Assembly: GCA_963663965.2 (NCBI GenBank)
Contig: CAXXFK010000028.1
Span: 1-64,000 of the forward strand
Source of the DNA: Sedimentisphaerales bacterium
GTDB lineage: Bacteria > Planctomycetota > Phycisphaerae > Sedimentisphaerales > SM23-30
Length of the DNA stretch: 64,000 bases
Reading direction: 5' to 3'
The position numbers and the translations under genes were made by a program. Below the pieces are notes generated by a model. That model had not been told where the DNA came from, did no database searches, and saw only the letters and a list, made by a program, of their open reading frames with translations. This document shows, piece after piece, positions 53,508 through 63,756 of this stretch; the stretch's first letter is position 1; every line of letters starts with the position of its first letter.

Positions 53508-54198
53508 TATCGATAGTGTCCTTCATGCGATAGCCAACACCTCTGACAGTTTCAATGTATTTACCACTTTTGCCCAGTTTCTTTCTGAGAGAAACGATCT
53601 GAACATCAACTGATCTGTCAGTAACCATATGGTCGTTGCCGTGAACTTCGTCAACTAGCTGGTAGCGGGTAAAAACAACTCCTGGTCTTTTTGCCATAAC
53701 GCATAGAATACCAAATTCTGTATATGTCAAGTCGATCTTTTTGCTGCCAGCAAGTACTTCATGCTTCTGGGCGTTGATCTCAATGTTATGAACATTGAGA
53801 ATGTCAGTTGTAATAGATTTGGTTTTCTGTCTACTTAAGCTGCGTCTGATCCTCGCGATTAAAACCTTTGGACTAAATGGTTTAGTGATATAGTCATCAG
53901 CACCTAATTCCAGTCCGGTGACAATGTCGGCCTCTTCGCTTTTGGCAGTGGCCATAATAATAGGGATATCAGATGTTTTTTCGTCGTTTTTAAGCTTTCT
54001 GCAAACTTCCAGGCCGTCTATTCCCGGGAGCATAAGGTCCAGAAGAATAAGGTTGGGACGCAAAGATACCGCTTTGGCTATTGCCTCTTCGCCTGTTAAT
54101 GCTGTTTCAATACGATAGTTTTCTTTTTGAAGGTTATAAGAAACCAACTCCAGTACATCTTCCTCATCGTCAACAACAAGAATTAATTCTTTAGCCAT
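53500..54198 (-). CDS. phoB: PhoB/PhoP-like OmpR-family response regulator
   Basis: VVDDE, LLDLMLPGIDG, GLELGADDYITKPF, DRSVDVQIVSLRKKL, IETVRGVGY. Confidence 0.88.
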   Translation of the reverse strand: MAKELILVVDDEEDVLELVSYNLQKENYRIETALTGEEAIAKAVSLRPNLILLDLMLPGIDGLEVCRKLKNDEKTSDIPIIMATAKSEEADIVTGLELGADDYITKPFSPKVLIARIRRSLSRQKTKSITTDILNVHNIEINAQKHEVLAGSKKIDLTYTEFGILCVMAKRPGVVFTRYQLVDEVHGNDHMVTDRSVDVQIVSLRKKLGKSGKYIETVRGVGYRMKDTIDNG

Positions 54199-54298
54199 AA
54201 CTGTATCCTGTAACATATTTTATATTAAATAATTACAAGTGATATCCATATCACATATAACAAATCATAAATTATTTATGATAATAATAAAAGATAAT

Positions 54299-54326
54299 TG
54301 TTAGAGCAATGTTAAGGTGTTGTTAA
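54299..54326 (-). promoter_or_regulatory. Pho-box-like triple direct repeat upstream of phoB
   Basis: Minus strand TTAACA-N5-TTAACA-N5-CTAACA, 11-bp period. Confidence 0.6.
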
Positions 54327-54425
54327 TATTGGATGCAGAATGTGATCGGTTATGATTATTTGATGTGAAAACATAGGAATTTTACTGAAATATGTTAAGG
54401 AATAATAAGGAACAAAGGTAGAAAT

Positions 54426-54461
54426 AAAAAAACGAGCCAATACTTCAGGAGTACGGCTCGT
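54426..54461 (-). terminator. Intrinsic terminator
   Basis: ACGAGCC...GGCTCGT stem followed by a long U-run on the minus strand. Confidence 0.8.
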
Positions 54462-54469
54462 AATTTAGC

Positions 54470-54637
54470 ACTGACTTTTGTGAGCATATCAATCGTCGGG
54501 GCACTCTATAGACTACTCAAAAAGAAGCTAACTCTATAGTTCATCCTGAACTAAAACGTTAGGCTACTCATTTGTGGGAGCACACTTAACAGAGATATCC
54601 GCAAAAGCCACCGACGCGAATATGCAAGTTGACAGAC
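54470..54637 (-). ncRNA. Rod-shaped structured RNA, 6S RNA-like candidate
   Basis: End-to-end pairing GCAUAU/AUAUGC, CGUCGG/CCGACG, CUCUGU/AUAGAG, UGCUC/GAGUA, CUAAC/GUUAG, apical UAGUUCA-GGA-UGAACUA, with internal bubbles; ~165 nt; followed by a terminator. Confidence 0.5.
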
Positions 54638-54638
54638 A

Positions 54639-54905
54639 TTATTTGTTATTGTCTGTTTCTTCTAACATCTTGCGAAGATAGCTGTTTTCACGGCGAGTTG
54701 CTTCCAGGTCAAACAACAAGTATTTGATGCTCAATCTTAGATAGTCCAGCGAATCCTGTAGTGAAGATACGCTTTTCTTTAGTTGAGCATGACGCTGTTT
54801 TGTTTCTTCTGCTAAAGACTCGAGCTTCTTTCTTTGAGAAGCTGGGAGTGTACCGATTTCCTTGACTAGTTCACCAAGTTTCTTTTGAAATGTTGCTTCG
54901 TCCAT
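54639..54905 (-). CDS. Small conserved coiled-coil protein (Planctomycete-type, function unknown), 88 aa
   Basis: AGGAG RBS before ATG 54905; MDEATFQKKLGEL...LDYLRLSIKYLLFDLEATRREN. Confidence 0.85.
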   Translation of the reverse strand: MDEATFQKKLGELVKEIGTLPASQRKKLESLAEETKQRHAQLKKSVSSLQDSLDYLRLSIKYLLFDLEATRRENSYLRKMLEETDNNK

Positions 54906-55275
54906 GCTACTGCTCCTATGGCATATAAAAAATTTAGTAATATGAATTTCTCTTATTTCTCTTCCTGATTTCGACCAGAAAGCTCTTATGATTTCATTAT
55001 AACAGATAAAACATACCCCATGCAAAGTAATTTGAAATATTGTCGAATAAAGTGTTGTTAAATAAGGTGTTACGTGTTTTTTGTCCTGTTTGTATAATGT
55101 GGTTTGATTGTGCAGTTTTTAACGAATGTTTATTTTAATAAACATTATATGGGTGAATATATCAATGTATTTTATTGCTATAAAAGGTCTTATAATATTT
55201 ATCGTATCAGTATTATTGAGTTTTGCAATTATTTGCCAGGGTGGCTTATTTGGGGATAGATGATATAATAATTTA

Positions 55276-56154
55276 ATGAAAAAAAATAAAAATGAAAATG
55301 AAAGGCTGCCAGAATGGTTGAAAGTCAGGCATTCGGCAGGAGGCAGTTTCAATAAAGTGAATGATCTGATCAAAGGTCATGGGCTGGCAACCGTATGCGA
55401 AAGTGCAAGTTGTCCAAATCGTGGAGAGTGTTTCAGTTGTGGAACTGCCACATTTATGATAATGGGAGATGTTTGTAGCCGGAACTGCAAGTTTTGCGGG
55501 GTGAATAATGGTAAATTGTTGCCATTGGATGGAACCGAGCCGGATAGATTGGCTGAGGTTGTAAAAGAGCTTGGTCTCAAGCATGTGGTAATAACATCTG
55601 TGACCAGGGACGATCTTCCGGATGGTGGTGCAAGGCATTTTGCTGAATGTATTAATAAAGTTAAACAACTTTCTATGAAGCCTGTTGTTGAGGTTTTGAC
55701 TCCAGATTTTAATTATGACACTGATTCACTTGATATTGTAGCCGGGGCAGAACCAGATATTTTTAATCATAATGTTGAAACAACCAGGGAGTTGACCAGA
55801 ATGATAAGAAATAATGCTTCTTATGATAGAAGTCTGCAGGTTCTCAAGTATATGTCCGATAAAAAACAGGATTGGGTTGTAAAAAGCGGAATAATGGTCG
55901 GGTTGGGTGAGAGTTTTGATGAACTTATAGCTACTATTGAGGATATTCACGCAGCAGGAGCTTCAATGTTAACTATAGGTCAGTATCTAAGGCCATCGAA
56001 ACAGAATATTTGTGTTGAAAAATATTATCATCCAGATGAATTTGATGAATTAAAACAGATAGCTGAGCGTATAGGTTTCAAGCACGTAGCCTCTGGACCG
56101 TTTGTCAGAAGCAGCTATCATGCAGAAGGACATTTCAACCAGAAGAAAAAATAG
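55276..56154 (+). CDS. lipA: Lipoyl synthase
   Basis: CESASCPNRGEC, CSRNCKFC radical-SAM motif, HNVET, GQYLRPS, VRSSYHA. Confidence 0.97.
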   Translation: MKKNKNENERLPEWLKVRHSAGGSFNKVNDLIKGHGLATVCESASCPNRGECFSCGTATFMIMGDVCSRNCKFCGVNNGKLLPLDGTEPDRLAEVVKELGLKHVVITSVTRDDLPDGGARHFAECINKVKQLSMKPVVEVLTPDFNYDTDSLDIVAGAEPDIFNHNVETTRELTRMIRNNASYDRSLQVLKYMSDKKQDWVVKSGIMVGLGESFDELIATIEDIHAAGASMLTIGQYLRPSKQNICVEKYYHPDEFDELKQIAERIGFKHVASGPFVRSSYHAEGHFNQKKK

Positions 56155-56617
56155 TGAGTTCTGGTAGTACCTGTTTGGTTTTTAGGTAGAAAATGTTAAC
56201 ATTATTTACTATATTATAATCTAATCTTAATTATATCTTTAATAAGTTTTAGTCAAATATTAGCTTTTCAGTGATCGATTAATGATTGTTGAAAAGCTAT
56301 TTTATTTTGATCTTCAAAATAATATGGTTAGTTTGTGTCTGAGCTGAAGTGACATCAGTATAATGGAATAAAATATTTTAGATTTTTGCTGTCTAATACG
56401 TGTTAAAATAGGTATAATTTTAGCTCGAAAATAGAGATTACTATTATACTTTTCATATTAGTTATACATAATTGTTAATTAGATTATTTTAACGTTATTA
56501 TTTGCCGATAAAGGACATATGTTGGTATTATGCTGGTCATGATATTGATGTGAAGTTGTTTGTGCAACTGACAGGGACGGAGTGCGTCAAGAGATTCTGT
56601 TATAAAGGTAGCACCAG

Positions 56618-57526
56618 ATTATACAAGATTACGTTAAACTGATACGCCCGAATCAATGGATCAAGAATGTTTTTGTTCTACCCGCTTTGCTTTTTGGCGG
56701 GAAGTATTTTGATCCTGATGCAATTAGTATGACATTACTGGCATTTCTAAGTTTTTGTATTATTTCGTCAGCAGTATATGTTGTGAATGATATATCTGAC
56801 TGTGAAAAAGATAGTTATCATCCTGTTAAAAAGTTCAGGCCGATCGCCGCTGGTAAGATCAGTAAGTTGCAAGGATGTGTTTATTGTTTAATACTTATGA
56901 TAAGCTCATTCATTTTGTCTTATACTGTTTCTGTTCCTTTTCTTTGTGTTATTGCTATCTACCTTATATTGCAGATGTTATATTCTTTTATTCTAAAGAA
57001 TATTGTTCTTCTCGATGTAATAATTATTGCATTTGGCTTTGTTTTAAGAGCAATTGGTGGTGCGATTGCAATTAAACTGCCGTTTACTTCCTGGCTTGTA
57101 ATGTGTATCTTCAGCTTATGCCTTTTTATGGGTTTTTGTAAACGGATGAACGAGCTGATGGTATTAGGTAAATCTAAAAGTAGTATGCATCGAAAAACCT
57201 TGCTGGAATATTCTCCGCAGCTATTGAGCCATTTAATCTCTGTTTCTGCAGGTATTGCAATAGTAACATTTATGCTTTATTCATTAAGTGACAGGGCTGT
57301 AAATCAGTTTGGAACCTCAGCTTTAATTTACACTGTGCCGGTAGTGATATATTGTATTTTCCGTTTTGCCGCTTTAAGTATGACTCCAGGCAGTACGGGG
57401 CAGAGTGAAATGCTTACCGGAGATATCCCGCTAATGACAGGTGTAATGATCTGGGTTATAATGGCGGTACTGATAGTGATTAAAGGCAGAGAGTTAAGTG
57501 ACTGGTATGGCTCGTTTTACATTTAA
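56618..57526 (+). CDS. UbiA-family prenyltransferase (decaprenyl-phosphate phosphoribosyltransferase type); true start unresolved
   Basis: In-frame upstream of the called TTG: IQDYVKLIRPNQWIKNVFV; YVVNDISDCEKDSYHPVKKFRPIAAG; GFCKRMNEL. Confidence 0.85.
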   Translation: MIQDYVKLIRPNQWIKNVFVLPALLFGGKYFDPDAISMTLLAFLSFCIISSAVYVVNDISDCEKDSYHPVKKFRPIAAGKISKLQGCVYCLILMISSFILSYTVSVPFLCVIAIYLILQMLYSFILKNIVLLDVIIIAFGFVLRAIGGAIAIKLPFTSWLVMCIFSLCLFMGFCKRMNELMVLGKSKSSMHRKTLLEYSPQLLSHLISVSAGIAIVTFMLYSLSDRAVNQFGTSALIYTVPVVIYCIFRFAALSMTPGSTGQSEMLTGDIPLMTGVMIWVIMAVLIVIKGRELSDWYGSFYI

Positions 57527-57584
57527 TATAAAGTGGTGGAAATATTGTTTCTGTGAATCTGTTTAGGTAGAGTGTATAATATAT

Positions 57585-58049
57585 ATGGAAACGAAGGAAA
57601 AAAGTAAAAGCAGTAAGAATTTTGGCCTTATTATCATTGGGCTAGCAGTGCTGGCAATGGTGGCGATAAATTTAACTGCAGGCACGGCTTCTGTTAAGTG
57701 GCTGGAAAGTATTGACGCTGCAAAAGAGAAGGCTAAAGAAAATAAGAACCCTGTTTTATTATATTTTATGACAGGTTCTGGCAAAGATGCTGATCAGTGT
57801 GAGCGAATGAGCTATTCGACTTTTGGCCAGGTTGATATTGCCAGATATGTTAATAAACATTACAATCCAGTAATCATTGATGCAAGTAAGGAGCAGAAGC
57901 TGAAGTTAAAATATAATGTTAAGCAGCTGCCATCAATGGTTTTAATTATGCCTGGAAGTGATGGAAATATACTCCTGGAAGGGTATATAAGCAGTAAAGA
58001 ATTTATGTCTCGAATTACTGGGGCGATGAAGACATTAAGTGGTAAGTAA
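57585..58049 (+). CDS. Membrane-anchored thioredoxin-fold protein lacking CxxC
   Basis: VKWLESIDAAKEKAKENKNPVLLYF...QCERM...KYNVKQLPSMV...GY; only one Cys. Confidence 0.75.
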   Translation: METKEKSKSSKNFGLIIIGLAVLAMVAINLTAGTASVKWLESIDAAKEKAKENKNPVLLYFMTGSGKDADQCERMSYSTFGQVDIARYVNKHYNPVIIDASKEQKLKLKYNVKQLPSMVLIMPGSDGNILLEGYISSKEFMSRITGAMKTLSGK

Positions 58050-58050
58050 A

Positions 58051-58788
58051 ATGAAATCATTATTCACAATTCTTGTATTATTTATGATGAGCAATGTGAT
58101 ATTTGCTCAGGAAGATACTGATACGGCCACGGATACAACTACAGACACTGTCGTAGAGTCTCAAGATTATGCAACTAGTCCAGTGTTTGGCAGTAGCTCT
58201 TCGAGAGGTGTTAGTATTTTTAGTGTGCCTGGTCGTGCAAGTATTGGTAGTACTGAAGTCAGGCGTTTTGCATATTATGCTACAGGGCTTGACAGAGTAA
58301 GGTCTCCAAGGACTATATATCAAGCTAATCCTTTGGCCTACCAAAAGAGACTGCCGATTTCTGGTACTGGGGCTATTCCTACACTCAACGATATGGTTCG
58401 ATCACGATTGAATGAAAAGGTAACCGATCTTAAAGCTGATGCATATTTTAGAGATAGTTTACATAGTAAGTCTCTATATTCATCTGGCCAGAATAGCGGC
58501 AGACCTGATGATGGCAAGATACAAAGCTGGCTGCTTGGTAAAGGCGGATTTTATTCCTTAAGGATACCGAAAAGTACAAAATCTAACGCACTGCTAAAAC
58601 AGCTTGAAAGCGATAATTATAATGGCCTAAGCTCAAAGAATAAAAACTTACTACTAGATGGACGAAGCGGCAGATTGTCGTATTCCAGAAATACTATCGA
58701 TAAATCACTGGCTAATAAGGCTGGAAATATTTATGGTAAACGTTTGCTTAATGATATAAGTATTTCATCGTTGTTAGGAAGTAATTAG
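58051..58788 (+). CDS. Hypothetical secreted protein
   Basis: Signal peptide MKSLFTILVLFMMSNVIFA, Thr/Asp-rich linker. Confidence 0.7.
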   Translation: MKSLFTILVLFMMSNVIFAQEDTDTATDTTTDTVVESQDYATSPVFGSSSSRGVSIFSVPGRASIGSTEVRRFAYYATGLDRVRSPRTIYQANPLAYQKRLPISGTGAIPTLNDMVRSRLNEKVTDLKADAYFRDSLHSKSLYSSGQNSGRPDDGKIQSWLLGKGGFYSLRIPKSTKSNALLKQLESDNYNGLSSKNKNLLLDGRSGRLSYSRNTIDKSLANKAGNIYGKRLLNDISISSLLGSN

Positions 58789-58846
58789 CCTTATCTTGTT
58801 TCTTGATAGTAGTTATTATATCTAATCTTATCTCAAAATTATATCT

Positions 58847-59896
58847 ATGAAAATTTTAATAACCGGAACTGCGGGATTTATTGGTTATCATCTGGCTAAA
58901 AAGCTTATCGCTCGAGGTGATGACGTTTTGGGGCTAGACAATATCAATGATTATTATGATGTTAACCTGAAGTATGGCAGGCTTGCTGAAACAGGCATTA
59001 CTAAGGAAAGCCTTGAATACGGTAAAGTTTGTCAGTCAGAGAAATATAGCAACTATAAATTTATACAGCTTGATCTTGAAGATAAAGAGCAGTTGGATAA
59101 ATTGTTTGCTGAGTATAAATTTGACCGTGTTTGTAACCTGGCTGCTCAGGCAGGGGTTCGTTACAGTCTGGAAAATCCTTCAGCATATGTAAATTCTAAT
59201 ATTGTCGGCTTTGTTAATATTCTTGAAGCCTGCCGATATAATGAAGTTGAACATCTTGTTTATGCGAGTAGTTCCAGTGTTTACGGATGTAATGACAAGA
59301 TGCCTTTCAGTACTGCTGACAGCGTTGATCATCCTGTTAGCTTATATGCTGCAACTAAAAAATCGAATGAACTTATGGCACATTGTTATAGTCATTTGTT
59401 TAATGTGCCAACTACAGGATTAAGGTTCTTTACGGTTTACGGCCCTTGGGGCAGGCCTGATATGGCACCAATTCTTTTTGCCAGTGCAATATCAGAAGGA
59501 CGTCCTATCAAGGTCTTTAATCATGGTGATATGAAGCGAGATTTTACTTACATTGATGATATCGTTGAAGGTGTAATGCGAGTAATAGATAATCCACCTT
59601 CCGGTAATCCTGACTGGTCTACAGAGAATGATGGGCCTGGCAGTGCCAGGGCCCCATACAAGATTTACAATATCGGTAATTCCACACCAGTTAATCTTAT
59701 GGATTTTATTACAGCTATTGAAACTGCTATGGGTAAAGAAGCTGTTAAGAATATGCTTCCAATGCAGCCGGGTGATGTTCCTGTTACCTGGGCAGATGTA
59801 AGTGACCTGACGGCAGACCTCGGCTATAAGCCTGACACACCAATACAAGCTGGTGTCAATGATTTTATTGAGTGGTTTAAAGAGTATTATGTTTAA
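58847..59896 (+). CDS. NAD-dependent epimerase (UDP-glucuronate 4-epimerase type)
   Basis: [46 protein letters not shown]. Confidence 0.93.
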   Translation: MKILITGTAGFIGYHLAKKLIARGDDVLGLDNINDYYDVNLKYGRLAETGITKESLEYGKVCQSEKYSNYKFIQLDLEDKEQLDKLFAEYKFDRVCNLAAQAGVRYSLENPSAYVNSNIVGFVNILEACRYNEVEHLVYASSSSVYGCNDKMPFSTADSVDHPVSLYAATKKSNELMAHCYSHLFNVPTTGLRFFTVYGPWGRPDMAPILFASAISEGRPIKVFNHGDMKRDFTYIDDIVEGVMRVIDNPPSGNPDWSTENDGPGSARAPYKIYNIGNSTPVNLMDFITAIETAMGKEAVKNMLPMQPGDVPVTWADVSDLTADLGYKPDTPIQAGVNDFIEWFKEYYV

Positions 59897-59925
59897 GCAT
59901 GGTGCTTTCATTTAAGATACTATCA

Positions 59926-60333
59926 ATGAAATATAATGGTATAATTGCTAAAAAGCTTGCTCAATTATCAGATGAGTATTCAAACTTAACTGCTTTTCTT
60001 GAGGATATTTCTGAGCAGGAATTTATTTCCAGCTGGAGTGTAAAAAGTGCAACAGAACGTTCACTACAGGTAATGATTGAGATCATTATTGACATAGCTG
60101 AGAGGATAATCTCTCTTGAAAATATCGGGCCTGTAACCAGTTCTGCAGATGCTATAGAAAAATTGGTTATTTTGAAAGTATTAGAAAAAGCAGAGCCATT
60201 TAATGAGATGGTGCGATTCAGAAATCGATTGGTTCATATGTATGATAGTATTGAACCTGAAGTTCTTTACGAAATTGTAACGGTCTATATTAAAGATATT
60301 ATTCGTTTTAAGACAGCTATTGAAACGCTATGA
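59926..60333 (+). CDS. HEPN (DUF86) RNase toxin, HepT-like
   Basis: ATERSLQVMIEIIIDIA; FRNRLVHMY (RX4HXY). Confidence 0.9.
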   Translation: MKYNGIIAKKLAQLSDEYSNLTAFLEDISEQEFISSWSVKSATERSLQVMIEIIIDIAERIISLENIGPVTSSADAIEKLVILKVLEKAEPFNEMVRFRNRLVHMYDSIEPEVLYEIVTVYIKDIIRFKTAIETL

Positions 60334-60728
60334 AATTTGATATTGAACAACTTGGAATTGCAATAGAATCTACTGTTCCAGAAGTTGATTTTGCTATACT
60401 TCATGGTTCTTCTAGAGACGGTGAAATTCTTCCAGGTAGTGATATCGATATAGCTCTCTGGCTTAATAAAAAAAACAGTTTAGATGTATATAATAAGATT
60501 TTCATTGCGGTTGAAAAAGTTGTTAATTGCAGCGATATTGATCTTGGATTTCTTAATAGTACTGATATTGTATACCGGTTTGAAGCGTTAAAAGGGAAGT
60601 TGCTTTTTGCCAGAGATATAGAACAATATCAAAGTTATTTTTCTTTGACCTGTAGGTTGTATGAAAATCAGATGTATCGTTATGAATATCAGAATCGCAT
60701 AGTTCGTGAGAAAAATGGTTGTTTGTGA
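60330..60728 (+). CDS. Minimal nucleotidyltransferase (MNT) antitoxin, MntA-like
   Basis: ILHGSSRDGEILPGSDIDIA (GS-X10-DXD); ATGA overlap with the HEPN gene. Confidence 0.9.
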   Translation: MKFDIEQLGIAIESTVPEVDFAILHGSSRDGEILPGSDIDIALWLNKKNSLDVYNKIFIAVEKVVNCSDIDLGFLNSTDIVYRFEALKGKLLFARDIEQYQSYFSLTCRLYENQMYRYEYQNRIVREKNGCL

Positions 60729-60760
60729 TTTATTGCATAATTATAGATGAGAAGTAGTGA

Positions 60761-61681
60761 ATGAAAATATTAGTCACAGGCGGCGCAGGTTTTATCGGAT
60801 CTCATATTGTAGAGCATTATCAAGGAAAAGCCGATATTGTTGTGCTGGATAATTTACGTACTGGCAACATGAGAAATCTTGACGGTTTGGATCATCAGTT
60901 CATCGAAGGGACTATTACCAATGTTCAGGCAGTGGAACAGGCTATGGAAGGTGTTGACTATGTATTTCACCTTGCAGCTATGGTAAGTGTGCCTGAGTCA
61001 ATGGGTAATCCGTTGGAATGCGTAGAGCTAAATGTTAATGGAACATTGAATGTACTGGAAGCTGCGGCTCAGGCAGGTGTCAAAAAGTTATGTTTCAGCA
61101 CATCTGCAGCAGTGTATGGCGAAAATCCTGAATCTCCAAAGCTGGAGACTTTTACGCCGGAACCTAAAAGTCCATACGCAGTGACTAAGCTTGACGGCGA
61201 GTATTACTGCAGTATATATCATAATGAAGGGCGGTTAAAGACTGCCTGTTTACGTTATTTTAATGTATTTGGACCAAGGCAGGATCCTAAAGGACCGTAT
61301 GCAGCCGCAGTCCCGATTTTTATTGAAAAAGCGGTTGCTGGTGAGCCGATCACTGTTCATGGTGACGGTGGTCAGACACGCGATTTTATCTATGTGAAAG
61401 ATATTGTTAAGGCTAACGTTTGGATGGCTGAAAACGAAAATGTTTCAGGTGTATATAATATTGCCTATGGCATGAGTCAGACAATTGGCGAATTAGCCGA
61501 AAAGATCGTTCGTTTAGTTGGTTCCAGCTCTGAAATAGTGAATGGGCCGGAAAGAGCTGGAGACATTCGTCATTCACTGGCATCGGTGAACAAGATGAAT
61601 TCAGCTGGTTTGAGTCTTCCGGAACGATTTGATGAAGGGCTGACTGAAACAATAAAATATTTCAAAGAACTGGGAAGCTGA
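60761..61681 (+). CDS. NAD-dependent epimerase/dehydratase (UDP-glucose/GlcNAc 4-epimerase type)
   Basis: [39 protein letters not shown]. Confidence 0.92.
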   Translation: MKILVTGGAGFIGSHIVEHYQGKADIVVLDNLRTGNMRNLDGLDHQFIEGTITNVQAVEQAMEGVDYVFHLAAMVSVPESMGNPLECVELNVNGTLNVLEAAAQAGVKKLCFSTSAAVYGENPESPKLETFTPEPKSPYAVTKLDGEYYCSIYHNEGRLKTACLRYFNVFGPRQDPKGPYAAAVPIFIEKAVAGEPITVHGDGGQTRDFIYVKDIVKANVWMAENENVSGVYNIAYGMSQTIGELAEKIVRLVGSSSEIVNGPERAGDIRHSLASVNKMNSAGLSLPERFDEGLTETIKYFKELGS

Positions 61682-61720
61682 ATAGAAGTCAGCTAATTAT
61701 ATATAAAGAGTGAGGTTGTT

Positions 61721-62770
61721 ATGAAGATTGTTGTTACCGGCGGAGCTGGTTTTATTGGTTCCGCTCTTGTTAGATATCTTATCGAAAATACAGATCATAC
61801 TGTCCTTAATCTGGACAAACTTACCTATGCAGGAAATCTTGAATCGCTGAAAACTGTTGCTGACAGTGACCGGTATTCCTTTGTACAGGCAGATATTTGT
61901 GATTTGCCGGCAATCGAAAAGATCTATAAGGAATTCCAGCCCGATGCGATAATGCACCTGGCAGCAGAGTCTCATGTCGACCGCTCGATCGATGGACCGG
62001 GTGAGTTTATTATGACTAATGTTGTTGGTACATATAACCTGCTGGAAGCTGCCCGCAAGTACTGGCTGGAGCTTTCTGATGAGAAGAGAGATACATTCCG
62101 TTTCCAGCATATTTCGACGGATGAGGTTTACGGTTCACTGGGCGAGACAGGCTTCTTTTACGAGACTACGCCGTATGACCCGCGTAGCCCTTATTCGGCA
62201 TCAAAGGCATCGTCTGATCATCTTGTGATGGCCTGGTATCACACCTATGGTTTGCCGGTATTAATGACAAATTGTTCTAATAATTACGGCCCATATCATT
62301 TTCCTGAAAAGCTTATTCCACTTATCATTCTAAATGCATTGGATGGTAAAGAGCTGCCGGTTTACGGCAAGGGCGAAAATGTTCGGGACTGGCTGTTTGT
62401 TGATGATCATGCTTCAGCTTTATATACTGTTTTAGATAAAGGCAAAGTGGGCGAAACCTATAATGTCGGCGGCAATAATGAAAAGCAGAACATCGAAGTT
62501 GTAAGAACTATTTGCGGTATTCTTGATGAGCTGCGTCCTAAAGAATCTGGGAAATACGAAGATCAGATCAAGTTTGTTATTGACCGTCCGGGCCACGATC
62601 TGCGTTATGCAATCGATGCGACAAAGATCAAGAATGATCTTGGATGGGAGCCAGCAGAGACATTTGACTCTGGCATTAAGAAGACCGTTCAGTGGTATCT
62701 GGATAATTCCTGGTGGTGGCAGCCGATCAGGGAGAGTAAATACAGTGGCGAGAGACTAGGGAAGAAGTAG
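61721..62770 (+). CDS. rfbB: dTDP-glucose 4,6-dehydratase
   Basis: [55 protein letters not shown]. Confidence 0.96.
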   Translation: MKIVVTGGAGFIGSALVRYLIENTDHTVLNLDKLTYAGNLESLKTVADSDRYSFVQADICDLPAIEKIYKEFQPDAIMHLAAESHVDRSIDGPGEFIMTNVVGTYNLLEAARKYWLELSDEKRDTFRFQHISTDEVYGSLGETGFFYETTPYDPRSPYSASKASSDHLVMAWYHTYGLPVLMTNCSNNYGPYHFPEKLIPLIILNALDGKELPVYGKGENVRDWLFVDDHASALYTVLDKGKVGETYNVGGNNEKQNIEVVRTICGILDELRPKESGKYEDQIKFVIDRPGHDLRYAIDATKIKNDLGWEPAETFDSGIKKTVQWYLDNSWWWQPIRESKYSGERLGKK

Positions 62771-62779
62771 GCCTTAATA

Positions 62780-63754
62780 ATGGAAAAGAGTTCTAAGATA
62801 TATATTGCTGGTCATAGAGGCCTGGTAGGAGGGGCTATTTATGATCTTCTTAGCAGCTGTGGTTATACTAACCTGATCACAGCTACCCATAATGAAGTTG
62901 ATCTTACAGATCAGGTGGCAACATCTGAATTTTTTCAATCAGAAAAACCTGACTATGTTTTTCAGGCAGCAGCAAAGGTTGGCGGTATTGTTGCTAACAA
63001 TACATACCCTGCTCAGTTTTATTATGAGAATATGATGATACAATGCAATATCATTCATAATTCATATTTAACCGGTGTGAAGAGACTTCTGTTTTTAGGT
63101 TCTTCGTGCATTTACCCTAAAATGGCACCTCAGCCAATGAAAGAAGAGCACTTGCTTAGCGGCTATCTGGAGCCTACAAACAGGCCGTATGCCCTGGCTA
63201 AGATCGGTGGGATTGAGCAGATATGGTCATACAATCGTCAGTATGGTACAAAGTATATTGCTGCGATGCCAACTAATCTTTACGGTCCTGGAGATAATTA
63301 TAATCTTCAAAATTCACATGTTCTCCCTGCAATGATTCGCAAGATGCATATAGCGAAAACATCTGGAAGTGAAAATGTTACTTTATGGGGAACTGGTTCT
63401 CCGTTCAGAGAGTTTTTGTTCAACAGGGATCTTGCTGAAGCTTGTGTTTACCTTATGAATCTGGATGACGATATGTATGGCAAGTTTGTCGGGCATGAAG
63501 ATATTGCACCGCTTGTTAATGTTGGCAGTTGTTCAGATCTTACGATCAAAGAGCTGGCAGAGACGGTTGCCAGGGTAGTTGGTTATAATGGAGAGCTTAT
63601 CTGGGACACATCTAAGCCGGACGGTACGCCAAGAAAGCTAATGGACTCTGGAAGAATATTCAGCCTGGGATGGAAGCCCAAGGTAAATCTGGATGAGGGA
63701 ATATCAATTTCGTATCAGGATTTTATGGATCGAATTGAGGAGTTTAAAGACTGA
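62780..63754 (+). CDS. fcl: GDP-L-fucose synthase
   Basis: AGHRGLVG, AAAKVGGI, LGSSCIYPK, PTNLYGPGDN, KPDGTPRK. Confidence 0.95.
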   Translation: MEKSSKIYIAGHRGLVGGAIYDLLSSCGYTNLITATHNEVDLTDQVATSEFFQSEKPDYVFQAAAKVGGIVANNTYPAQFYYENMMIQCNIIHNSYLTGVKRLLFLGSSCIYPKMAPQPMKEEHLLSGYLEPTNRPYALAKIGGIEQIWSYNRQYGTKYIAAMPTNLYGPGDNYNLQNSHVLPAMIRKMHIAKTSGSENVTLWGTGSPFREFLFNRDLAEACVYLMNLDDDMYGKFVGHEDIAPLVNVGSCSDLTIKELAETVARVVGYNGELIWDTSKPDGTPRKLMDSGRIFSLGWKPKVNLDEGISISYQDFMDRIEEFKD

Positions 63755-63756
63755 GT

